A stretch of 64,000 nt of DNA from positions 62,001-126,000 of the forward strand of contig JASTWF010000345.1 in NCBI GenBank assembly GCA_030390025.1. Direction: 5' to 3'. Shown here piece after piece: positions 38,002 to 49,524 of this stretch. The notes under the pieces were generated by a model, which worked only from the letters and a program-made list of their open reading frames with translations, was not told the origin of the DNA and made no database searches. Source of the stretch: Squalus acanthias. Lineage: Eukaryota. Position numbers and translations under genes: made by a program. Numbering within the stretch: position 1 is the stretch's first letter; every line of letters begins with the position of its first letter.

Positions 38002-39944
38002 AAACCAAGTTATACCTGTGCTCCCAAAGCTTCCCTGCAGGTTCCACATAAAATATCATATCAACTTACTGTGAGTTTGTACGTGCCATGGATAGCAATT
38101 ATATAAGACTGCTCATTTTTGTGTGGTTTTTCTTTTTCTTTTTATATCTTTTCCTTCACCGTGGCCTCCCATGCCACACATTATTCCCAGCCAAGGCAGT
38201 AAGCCAGTGAGCTGCTTCCAGGCCTCTGCTGGGCTTCACTCAATAGTAGTACATGACTTATATAAATTGCCTTCCTATTTCCCATCCCTACCTGTGGGAA
38301 AGCACTTGACCTTCACCCACCTTCTCCCCTCATGGTAAAGCTGAGCTCTGGAACTCACTGTTTAAGGAAGCCTGGGCATGAACCTACTTCCAGTCACTTT
38401 GTGGTAGGCTTGCGTTCTAATGCTGGTTAAAGCTTTCATTAGTTCCCTCCTCGAACCGCAGGTTATCAACATTTAGAGTTAGCCCATTTAAAAAAAAATG
38501 AACCCTTCGTGTCACAAGAATATGGAATTTTCGGGGTATCCTTTAATTGCATCCTAAGTTTGTTAAGTAATTCTCCCGAGAGATTTGGACAAACATAATT
38601 TTGGCATTAGAGCTGTAATAACCCTTTGAATTCTCTGACTCTTTACAGTATTGCCTCCCCCTGGAGGTAGCACAGCAGCTTGGTGATAATGATTTTTTGT
38701 CCTTTAAAGTTCTTTAGATAACAACTAGGCACCCCATGGCGTCTCAAGAACTCAACAGCATGGTCAGATTGCAGGCCAGGGATTCCACTAGCTATTCTTA
38801 AAGAAAGGCATCAATCAGATTATTGGTGACATTCTCAAGGACTCGGATGGCTTTGATATTATTGTGCAGGCACCAGTTTTTCAGTTCAATCTTCACGGTA
38901 GTCTTGGTATTTGATTTAGCTTATAACTCATGTTTTATCACCCCCGTCCTCTAGGGACCAGTTCCCACTGTCCAAAAGTGTGGTCCGTGATTAGACAGTT
39001 TAGCAAATTCATGCAGCTCTTACTTAAAAAACCATCCCTGCAAAAATTAACTGATGCTTTTGCTGGACCTCATTTCCATTAAGTGCAAGAAATTACCATT
39101 TTCTTGGTATGATGTGATTTGATTACTAACATTGTACAGCTATTGCAGGAGAGACTCATTATGGGAAATTGAAGCTGTAAGAATGGACAAAGCAAGCAAC
39201 TAGATTCCAGGAGCTGCCGTTCATAGATTCAGCATTGTAATAACCTCTTTGAAACTCGCAGGCTAAAGTGGGTGCTTGCACATTGAGCTGGCTATTGATT
39301 TATTTTTTATCTTCACCACACAGCTGCAATCGGACTGACATTTTATAAACATCTTTCCAGTTTGCAGGGCGAGTGCATGCAACATCCTGAGTGCCAATCC
39401 CCAGAATACTGAAAGAATATTCCTTTTTTCCCCCAAAACTATTTAAGCATTTCCTTTCTACCATCACGGTTTTCTCAACTTCTGGTGAATGCTGCAAAAT
39501 GGGATTATGCAAGCATACAGAGGCACTAACTATTTCTTAATTTATTTGAGGGATTCTATAAATTAATGGAAAAAATTGTGAGGGTGGTCAGTGAATCTAA
39601 ATACAGTAGTGAAACAGTGTAGGATGGGAGTTTGACTGACAATAGTAAAGGATCAGGGAGCAGAAGGAGGAAACTACACAACAAGCATGAACACCATGGG
39701 ATGGGTGGCAAAAAACCAAGGCATGAGAACAACTGATAAATTGGCATTTACACAAAACCATTACACAGCAGCATTGGAGATGTTGTGAGATACCACAGGA
39801 AGAGGCATGAGACCAGTAATAAGAAACTGGAACTAGATAAAATTGGAAAAAGAAAACTTGCAGAATCCACAAAGTAAATGGTTCAAGAGCAAGTAAACTA
39901 TCTGAGGTTTATGAGCTGGGTAAGGTTATTATATAGAGAAACAC

Positions 39945-40222
39945 TTTAGGTGAAATTTTACCTGGTCGTAATTTGAAGAGAGCATCTGAGCTAGCACAAT
40001 TGCAGAAACCCACGTATAAAGCTCCGTTACTTGGGGTTGGGGCCATTATTATGCACGATATGCATTCGCGTAGAGGGATCAATAGACGATCGTAACAGAT
40101 CAAGGATATTCGGGTATTGTACTTACGTGCGTGACTCACACCCAATCTTTTAGGCCGCATTTTTGCTTTGCACCCCGATTATGCGTGCCTCTGGACACAA
40201 ACATGCATGAAATTCCAAGCCT
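39945..40222. mobile_element. Short degenerate MITE
   Basis: CpG-rich island bounded by GGTGAAATTTTA / TGAAATTCCAAGCC. Confidence 0.4.
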
Positions 40223-40703
40223 ATCTTCCTAAGCATCTGCCAATGCCACTTTTGAACTGGTCACTGGTAGCTCCCTGACAGCAGTCTAAGGTGACTTTCT
40301 TAGATTGTTCTCTCTCCTCCCTCTCTTTCTAATTTAGAAGCATCCCCCCAACTGTGGCATGACCAAGATCTTGAGGTTGCCTTTAGGGAAATCCTGTACA
40401 TGAACCTGGCTCCTATTACTCTGTGACACACAACTATATCCCTGGGCCATGTAATAGTAATATTTTTATAATAACTTCTGTAGTAGAATTTTTTTTCATT
40501 CACATGAATATGGATTTTTTTCTGGAGAACGAAAGCAAATTAGGATAGTACAAAGTAGGGCTCTTTAATAATATAATGCTATACCTCCTTAAGTCGCTCA
40601 AAGAAATAAATGGAAATATCACTTCTCATGCAGCCTACCAATAAAATTATAAAGGAAAATTGTCACCATTTTGGGGAAAGAAAGTAATTTCTATCAAAAC
40701 ATT

Positions 40704-41430
40704 GGCCCATATTTTCCGATGCCTACGGGTGTGTACGAGGTGAGTACACACCCATAGGGACCTCGCAAGTGCCGGTTTCAGGCATGCGAAGCACAAGCGC
40801 TGAAAACCTTTTCTCTTGACAGATCACACGCCTGCCCTGGAGAAGGGCCTCTGCGGGTGGAGAATTCCGCTTTCTGCAGAACCTCCACCCGCTGAAATCC
40901 CTTAAAAATCTTACGCCTGGTAAAAGCAGGCGTAAGGCCTGTTTTTACCAGCATAAGAGTTTAAAAACATTTTAAAATATTTTTTTCATTCATTTATAAT
41001 TTAAAAATACTTTTAAAAAAGGTAAGTTTATTTTAAGCCCCATAAAAAACTTTAATTATTTTTTTCAAAAAAATTAATTTTTGTTTAAAATATTTAATTT
41101 AATGTAATTTTAACTCAATTTAAAAACGTGATGGTTTTAAAAAAAATGTATTTAATGTTTTGATGTCTTTTTTCAGTGATCCCCATTCATACTTTTGTCA
41201 AAAGTATGAAGGGGGATTCCCTTCTCCCATTGGCTCGCCTGGCCCACGTGATCCCAGGGACGCTTGCGAACCGCATGTGCCCCTGGGATACGTGGGACCT
41301 GCGCATTTCGTCGTGGAGAGGCCCAGGATCGGAAATGGCCGGACCTCTGGAGCCCTCAGGTAAGGGCGTAGATTATTTCCCGATAGGAGGCATCCGCACG
41401 CAGGAAGCCTCCTATCGGAAATTACGGGCC
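40704..41430. mobile_element. MITE family G, AT-rich core
   Basis: Termini GGCCCATATTTTCCGAT / ATCGGAAATTACGGGCC; shares AAGTGCCGGTTTC motif and core with 61258-62000. Confidence 0.8.
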
Positions 41431-42232
41431 AATGTCATATGGAGGAGATCCAATGCTGTATCCATAACACAAATTACTTCATTGCATCATGCTTGCAGAA
41501 TGGGTGTGCAAATGGCAAATTAGTTTCAATGTAGATAAGTGTGAGGTGATACATTTTGGTAGGAGCAATAAGGAAGCCACCTGCTCCTTGGAAAATAAGA
41601 GTCTAAATGGGGTAAAGGTGCAAAGGGGTTTACGGGTAGTGATACACAAATCATTAAAAGTAGCAACGCAGGTTAATAAAGCTATAAAAAGTGCTAACAA
41701 AGCACTGGGGTTCAGTACTAGAGGAATAGAATACAAAAGCAGAGATGTTATGTTAAACTAATATAGAACCGTGGTTAGACCACACTTAGAGTACTGTGCA
41801 CAGTTCTGGTCTCTATTTTATAAAAAGCGTATAGAAGCACTGGAGAAAGTGCTAAAAAGATTTACAAGGATGATACCAGAACTGCGAGGGTACAACTATC
41901 AGCAAAGACTGAACAGGCTGGAGCTCTTTTAGGTAGAATAGAGAAGACTGAGAGGTGACCTGATAGAGGTCTTTAAAATGATGATGGGGTTGGTTAGGGT
42001 AGATGTAGAGATGGTGGTCGGAATTTTCCCATTGCTGAGCGTGTGGGTTTGGGGGCGGGTCAGCAGTAAAAATCGCAGAAATTACCAGCACGTCAGGAAC
42101 CCGCAGTCATCCCGCCGACTTCCGCATTTAACACAGGCGCCTTTCGAGGCGCGTCACGGACCCGCTCGGGAGAGGCGGGAGACCGCCTTGAAGTACTTAA
42201 ATGCTTGTTGAGAGACCCTTAAGAGGCTTTTT

Positions 42233-42697
42233 AACACTGTTCCAACTAAGCTCAACGTAAGCTCGAGGAACAGCACCTCATCTTTTGATTAGGCATTTTA
42301 CAGCCTTTATTGACATCGAGTTCAACAATTTCAGACCATAACATCTTCCCCTATTTTTTCACAAGGCAGCTGTTGATGATTCTGCCATTCCCATTTACAC
42401 CTCTTCTAGACTCATCTTTTGTTTTGTTACCTGTCCCATTACCATCTCCTTTTGCTTTGTACAATCATACCTTTTATTATTTAATCACTCCTGCCTTCCA
42501 CCCCATCACAGACCTTCCCTTTTGTTCATTCCTCCCCTCCCACCTTTCCCTGCCCCTGCACTTGCTTAAAGCCTGTTACATCTCTATTTTTTTCCAGTTC
42601 TGACAAAAGGTGATCGACCTGAAACGTTAACTCTGTTTCTCTCTCCACAGATGCTGCCTGACCTGCTGAGTATTTCCAGCATTTTCTGTTTTTATTT
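42233..42697 (+). mobile_element. Penelope 3' fragment inside H2, with mutated hammerhead (42596-42632)
   Basis: QRKLEEQHLIF..IEFNNFR and pLTR sequence. Confidence 0.85.
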
Positions 42698-44137
42698 TTA
42701 ACATCACTTCTTGAGCATGGGATTCACGCACCTTGGCAACCTCACCTGTGAAGGGGAGGCGGAAGCTCATTGACCATTGTGTGAGTGCATTAATTGAGAG
42801 CTGGGAAAAACACATAAATACTCCCACATTACACCTGAGTACTTGGCTAATGGAAAGGCTCTTGCTGACTCCATTTTGTGCAGAGATTTAGCTGTCAGCA
42901 GTTTGCAGGTCATTTCTGCAACCTCGGAAGCCACTCTCACCACATTGCTGGTCACTATCAGAACATTGAGAGATTGGGCCTCTGATCTCCACTTTACCTG
43001 CCATCTATTACATCAACATGGGTACCGCTTATGTTGTCTCACCTTGGACCTCAGAATCGAACCAAGTTGAGCCACACCACCAACAACACCAGCAGCAGCC
43101 TTCTCCTCACCGACCTGATGCTGCACAGGAGAGAAGACATCAGTGCAGGGCTGCACCGTGCTGGAGGCGATACCACCAACACAGAGTATACAGGCAGAGG
43201 ATGAGCTTCCTCAACATGACTGAGCAGCAGTGCTTCAGGAGGCTCAGGTTATCGTGCCAGGACGTCGTAGACATTTGTAGCTTGCAGGAACAAGACCTGC
43301 TGCCCAGAGGACCTGGTGGACACACCTTACCAGTGGCTGTCAAAGTCACCACCTTCCTCAACTTCTTCGCCTCAGGCTCCTTCCAGGGATCTACAGCAGA
43401 CATTTGCTGGATCTCGCAGTCGGCCGCCCACAGATGCATCACCCAGGTGACCAATGCCATATTTCACAAGTCAGCCAATTATGTAAACTTTGCCACTGAT
43501 GAGGCCAGTGTTACTGAGTGGGCGCTGGGCTTTGCCACTCTGGCTGGCTTCCCACAGGTGCAGGGCATCATCGACTGCACACATGTGGCCATCAAGCCAC
43601 CCCACATCACCCAGGAGAGTTTGTGAACCGCAAGGCTTCCACTCTCTCAATGTGCAGCTGGTCTGCAACCATAGGAAGATCATCTTGCATTTGTGTGCCA
43701 GATTCCCTGGCAGCTGCCATGACTCTTGTGTGCTGCACCAGTCCACCGTCCCTCAGCTCTTCGCACCTCCAAACAGACTTACCGGCTGGCTGCTTGGAGA
43801 CAAGGGCTATCCACTGAAGATGTGGCTGATGACACCCTTAAGGACGCCAAGTGTTGAGGCCGAGGAGCAATATAATGAAAGCCACATGTCCACCAGATGT
43901 GTCATAGAGCAAGCAATCAGCATGCTGAAGATGCGTTTCAGATGCCTTGACAGAGCTGGAGGAGCCCTTCAGTACGCAGCAGCCAGGGTCTCCAGAATCG
44001 TAGTCATTTGCTGCATTCTGCACAACATAGTGCAGCAGCGAGGATTGGAGCTGCAGGAGGAGCAATGTGCAGAGCGCACAGCCTCTTCAGAGGAGGAGGA
44101 ACAGGTGGAAGACGAGGATGAGCAGAAAGACGAACGA

Positions 44138-47100
44138 TTTTTTAAATTCGTTCCTGGGATGTGGGCATTGCTGGCAAGGCCAGTATTTATTGCCCATCCC
44201 TAATTGCCCTTGAAAAGGTGGTGGTGAGCCACCTTCTTGAACTGCTGCAGTCCCTGTGGTGAAGGTACTCCCTTAGTGCTGCTAGGGAGGGAGTCCCAGG
44301 ATTTTGACCCAGCAATGACGAAGGAACTTTCCAAGTCATGATGGTGTGTGACTTGAAGGGAACTTGGAGGTGGTGGTGTTCCCATGCGGCTGCTGCCCTT
44401 GTCCTTCTAGGTGGTAGAGGTCGCGGGTTTGGGAAATGCTGTCAAAGAAGCCTTGGCGGATTTCTGCAGTGCATCTTGTAGACAGTACAGACTGCAGCCA
44501 TGGTGGACAGAGTGAATGTTTAAGGTGGTGGATGGGGTGCCAATCAAACGGGCTGCTTTGTCCTGGATGGTGTTGAGCTTCTTGAGTGGTGCATCTGAAC
44601 TCATCCAGGCAAGTGGAGAGTATTCCATCACACTCCTGACTTGTGCCTTGTAGATGGTGGAAAGGCTTTGGGAGTCAGGAGGTGAGACACTCGCCACAGA
44701 ATACCCAGCCTCTGACCTGCTCTTGTAACCACAGAATTTACGTGGCTGGTCCAGTTAAGTTTCTGGTCAATGGTGACCCCCCCCAGGATGTTGATGGTGG
44801 GGGATTTGGCGATGGCAATGCCGTTGAATGTCAAGGGGCGGTGGTTAGACTCCCTCTAGTTGGAGATAGTCATTGCCTGGCATTTGTGTGGCGTGAATGT
44901 TACTTGCCACTTATCAGCCCAAGCCTGAATCTTGTCCAGGTCTTGCTGCATGCGGGCATGGATTGCTTCATTATCTGAGGAGTTGCGAATGGAACTGAAC
45001 ACTGTGCAATCATCAGCGAACATCTCCACGTCTGACCTTATGATGGAGGGAAGGTCATTGATGAAGTAGCTGAAGATGGTTGGGCCTAGGACACTGCCCT
45101 GAGGAAATCCTGCAGCTGAGATGATTGGCCTCCAACAACCACAACCATCTTCCTTTGTGCTGGGTATAACCAGCCAGTGGAGAGTTTTCCCCCGATTCCC
45201 ATTGACTTCAGTTTTACTAGGGCTCATTGATGCCACATTCGGTCAAATGCTGCCTTGCTGTCAAGGGCAGTCACTCTCACCTCACCTCTGGAATTCAGCT
45301 CTTTTGTCAATGTTTGGACTAAGGCTGTAATGAGGTCTGGAGTCGAGAGGTCGTGGCGGAGCCCAAACTGGGCATCAGTGAGCGGGTTATTGGTGAGTAA
45401 GTGGCGCTTTATAGCACTCTCGATGACACCTTCCATCACTTTGCTGATGATTGAGAGTAGACTGATGGGGCGGCAGTGAATTTGTCCTGCTTTTGTGGAC
45501 AGGACATACCCGGGCAGTTTTCCACAATGTCAGGCAAATGCCAGTGTTGTAGCTTTACTGGAACAGCTTAACCAGAGGTGCGGCTAGTTCTGGAGCCCGA
45601 GTCTTCAGCACGACAGCCAGGATGTTGTCAGGGCCCATAGCCTTTGCTGTATCCATTGCGCACAGCCGTTTCTTGATATCACATGGAGTGAATCGAATTG
45701 GCTGAAGACTGGCTTCTGTGATGTTGGGAACCTCAGGAGGAGGCTGAGAGGGAACATCCACTCGACACTTCTGGCTGAAGATGGTTGCAAACACTTCAGC
45801 CTTGTCTTTTGCACTCGTGTGCTGGGCTCCCCCATCATTGAGAATGGGGATGTTCATGGAGCCTCCTCCTCCCGTTAGTTGTCCACCACCATTCATGACT
45901 GGACTGCAGAGCTTTGATCTGATCTGTTGGTTGTAGGAATCACTTAGCCCTGTCTACAGCATGCTGCTTCGCATGCATGTAGTAGTATCCCCAGGTTGGC
46001 ACCTCATTTTCAGGTATGCCTGGTGCTGCTCCTGGCATGTTCTTCTACACTCCTTATTGAACCAGGGTTGGTCCCCTGGCTTGACGGTAATGGTAGAGTG
46101 AGGGATATGCCGGGCCATGAGGTTACATATTGTGGTGGAATACAATTCTGCTGCTGCTGATGGCCCACAGCACCTCATGGATGCCCAGTTTTGAGCTGCT
46201 AGATCTGTTCTGAATCTATCTCATTTAGCACAGTGGTAGCGGCACACAACACGATGGAGAGCGTCCTCAATGTGAGGACAGGACTTCATCTCCGCAAGAA
46301 CTGTGCGGTAGTCACTGCAACCAATGCTGTCACGGACAGATGCATCTGCGACAGGTAGATTCGTGAGGATGAGGTCAAGTAGGCTCTTCCCTTGTGTTGG
46401 TTCTCTCACCACCTGCTGTAGGCCCAGTCTGGCAGCTATATCCTTCAGGACTCGGCCAGCTCGGTCAGTAGTGGTGCTACCGAGCCACTCTTGGTGAAGG
46501 ACATTGAAGTCCCCCACCCAGAGTACATTCTGTGCACTTGCTACCCTCAGTGCTTCTTCCAAGTGGTGTTCAACATGGAGGAGTACTGATTCAGCAGCTG
46601 AGGGCGGGCGGTAGGTGATAATCAGCAGGAGGTTTCCTTGCCCATGATTGACCTGAAGCCATGAGACTTCGTGGGGTCCGGAGTCAATGTTGAGGACTCC
46701 CAGGGCCACTCATTCCCGACTGTATACCACTGTGCCACCACCCCTGGTGGGCCTGTCATGCCGGGATACCGAGGGATGGTGATGGAGGAGTCCAGGACAT
46801 TGGCTGAAAGGTATGATTCTGTGAGTATGACTATGTCAGGCTGTTGCTTGACTAGTCTGTGGGTCAGCTTTCCCCATTTTGGTACAAGTCCCCAGATGTT
46901 GGTGAGGAGGACTTTGCAGGGTTGACTGGGCTGGGTGTGCCTTTGTCGTGTCCGAAGCCGGTGCTGAGGTCAATGCCGGGTGGTCCGTCCAGTTTTATTC
47001 TTATTATTGTTTTCTGTAGCAGTTTGTTACAACTGAGTGGCTTGCTAGGTCATTTCAGAGGGCAATTAAGAGTCAACCACATTGCTGTGGGTCTGGAGTC

Positions 47101-47334
47101 ACATACAGGCCAGACCAGGTAAGGACGGCAGATTTCCTTCCTTAAAGGACATTAGTGAACCAGATGGGTTTTTACGACAATCATGGTTTCATGGTACTAG
47201 CTTTTTATTTATTTATTTATTTAATTAACTGAATTTAAATTCTCCAGCTACCGTGGTGGGATTTGAACTCTCATCGCCGGATCATTAGTCCAGGCATTTG
47301 ATTACTAGTCTAGTAACATAACCACTATGCTACC
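44138..47334 (-). mobile_element. Apparently full-length single-ORF APE-RT LINE (CR1/L2 group) with tRNA-derived 5' head
   Basis: Both ends fixed by the interrupted H2 transposase; APE motifs LLTNIWGL, PDIVILTESYL, YRPP, VGDFN, LLDLILT; RT motifs [18 protein letters not shown]; several frameshifts. Confidence 0.9.
47250..47334 (-). promoter_or_regulatory. tRNA-like type-2 Pol III promoter at the LINE 5' end
   Basis: A box TAGCATAGTGG (47332-47322), anticodon-like loop CTAGTAA, B box GAGTTCAAATCC (47270-47259) followed by CACCA. Confidence 0.8.
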
Positions 47335-47689
47335 TGAGGTGGAGGTGGCACCAGCAGCGGATGCCCGGGAGGCCCGGGATGGCCTCATAATGGCCAGATT
47401 TACTTAACTTGCTCCAGTGCACCCATATAGCTGCCATATGCTGTACGAAGCTCCCCACCCCAACAACAAAGCAGCCATCCCTCTCACCCAAACCCCCATA
47501 GCTCGAAGTTAAATAATGTCTCACCATTCACTCCAAGTGACAAGGCCACTTCCCAGGTAGGAGGCAAAAATGGACAAGACCAGAAAGTGGTGCAAAGAAA
47601 TAAATTTATGTGCATCATAAATAGATCTGAAACTTATCACTAACATTTTTTCATACACCCATATGCATACCCTTGTCCATCTAGGATTG

Positions 47690-49524
47690 TGTCTTTTTTC
47701 TTTTCCGCGTGCTTCAGCAGAGGTAGAGGCAGGCTGCTCACGTTCCTGCTGCGACTGCTTAGACACTTTTGGTGGACGTCCTCTGGGCTTTGGAGCCTGT
47801 GAGGGCCCCGCTAAAGACTGCTCATCCTGCAACTCTGCAGGGGCAGACTCGGCCATCGGGATCTGAGGCAGCATGTGGGGCTGTGATTGAGGGGGAGGCA
47901 ACGGGGGAGAAGTGTGAGCGCTTTGAGAAGAACCCCCACTTCCATGTCCCCTCTCAACATCATCCCTCTCATGGAGCACCCACACTTCCCTGCTAGCAAG
48001 GAGCTGGAGAGCACCTTGCTGCACACCACTGGGATGATGAATGCCCAAGTCTACCTTTATATTCCCTCCTCGAGATGAGGTCAATGAGCATCTGCCATCT
48101 GTTGTCCACAGCAAGCATGTTCTCGTGTGACTGGCGCATTTGCTGCTCCATGCAGGTGGCCATCCTTTCCATGGAACAGCACATCATTGCTATCGCCTGC
48201 GAGGTGGTGGTGCTCATGTTGGAGATGGACTCCTCCATTCTCTGAACATTTGCACAGACCGTGGCTGCAAAAGCTGCCAGAGCCTCATGCAATTGTTGCT
48301 GCCCCTCCAAGATCACCCTCTTTCTGAATGGCCCCCAAGGTTTAGCACCTGCATGTAGCTCAGCGGAGCTTGGAGTGTCCTGCGCCCTCTGGCGAGGAGT
48401 CTCCACTGCTGTCCCCATCAACACTGCCTGCTCTTGCTCACTTGTGATGTGAGAGACACCAGGTGACATCACTACTCTATCTGGCACAGGATCCACTGAG
48501 GTGAGCGTATCCGCGCTGGTGCTGGCTGCGCTTGGGTCTGCTGGCGGTGCACCCTCAGAGAATGGAGCTTCCTCTGAGGAGTCGTCTTCCTCCTCCTCCG
48601 GCTGGACAGTGAGGGGGCACTTGATGGACCTGTGGGGGAGTAAAGAGATAAATTAGAAGTGTTATGATAAGAATGGGTAACGTTACCATTATGCACATAA
48701 TGATATTTCACTGGCTGCTGACATCAGTCATCATATGAGTGACTGCTGTATGCCATGTGGCTGTCTGAGATGTAATTCTGTCACCAGGTTGCTGGGAGGT
48801 CCCCTCTCTCTGTCTCCCACCGCCAGCGGCTCTGCAACTCTAGAGATCTCTAGGGCTTCGGTCTCTGCTGGAGTCAAATGACTGAAGACTGGAGGGCCAC
48901 CTCCGGTTCAATGCCTCTCCCCAGTGTTCTGCGCTCTCTTCTCCTGCAAGGAGGGAAAGAAGAGAACTTTGAGTGAGAGTGATGGAATGAGTGTAAGGAA
49001 TGGATGGGCTACATCTGTAGAGGGTGACTATGAGTGAGTGGCGTGACATTGCCAAATGGCCTCCTTCTGTGGTGTTACTTGCTATGAATGCATTAGGATG
49101 AGGGTGAGTGTGAGGGGTGGTTAGTCAGATGGGGATGTGAGTAGGTGCATAGACAGGGAGGGATGGGTGGACCTGCAAGGTAGGTTGGTGTGAGGAATGA
49201 TGTGCAGGAGTAGGCTTGGGAAGGCAGACTGATGGGGTTGGGTTGACAGGCACTTTAGGATGTAGGTGAGTGTGGCATTGCACTCACCTTTCCTGACCTC
49301 ATGAGATCATTGAATCTCTTCCTGCACTGGATCCACGTCCTCCTTATGACATCCCTGCTACTGACCTCCTCTGCGATCTCCAGCCATGCCCTTTTTGTCT
49401 CTTTGGGTGGTCGTTTTTTTCGATCGCCAGGGAAGAGGACCTCCCTGCGTGCTCTTACTGCCTGCACCAGCACTTCCAGGGAGGCATCTGTGAATCTTGG
49501 TGCTGCCCTCTGTCTTGTCTCCAT
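47690..49524 (-). pseudogene. Myb/SANT-like gene of H2; 3 exons (49524-49288, 48943-48785, 48629-about 47690)
   Basis: PRFTDASLEVL..AWLEIAEEV..RTWIQCRKRFNDL; splice sites at the same positions as in H1; stop in exon 2 and frameshifts. Confidence 0.88.

Larger units (their letters stand above)
43018..47407 (+). pseudogene. Harbinger transposase of H2 (43018-44137, then 47336-47407 after the LINE)
   Basis: [54 protein letters not shown]; two frameshifts near 43600-43635; C-terminus AREARDGLIMARFT-stop resumes at 47336. Confidence 0.94.

Noticed and set aside
38730..39480. Possible ancient L1/Tx1 ORF1 remnant or host exon
   Set aside because: Only vague resemblance, many stops, no diagnostic motif
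47250..47334. Functional tRNA gene
   Set aside because: Acceptor stem 5' side missing, anticodon stem broken, fused to a retroelement body
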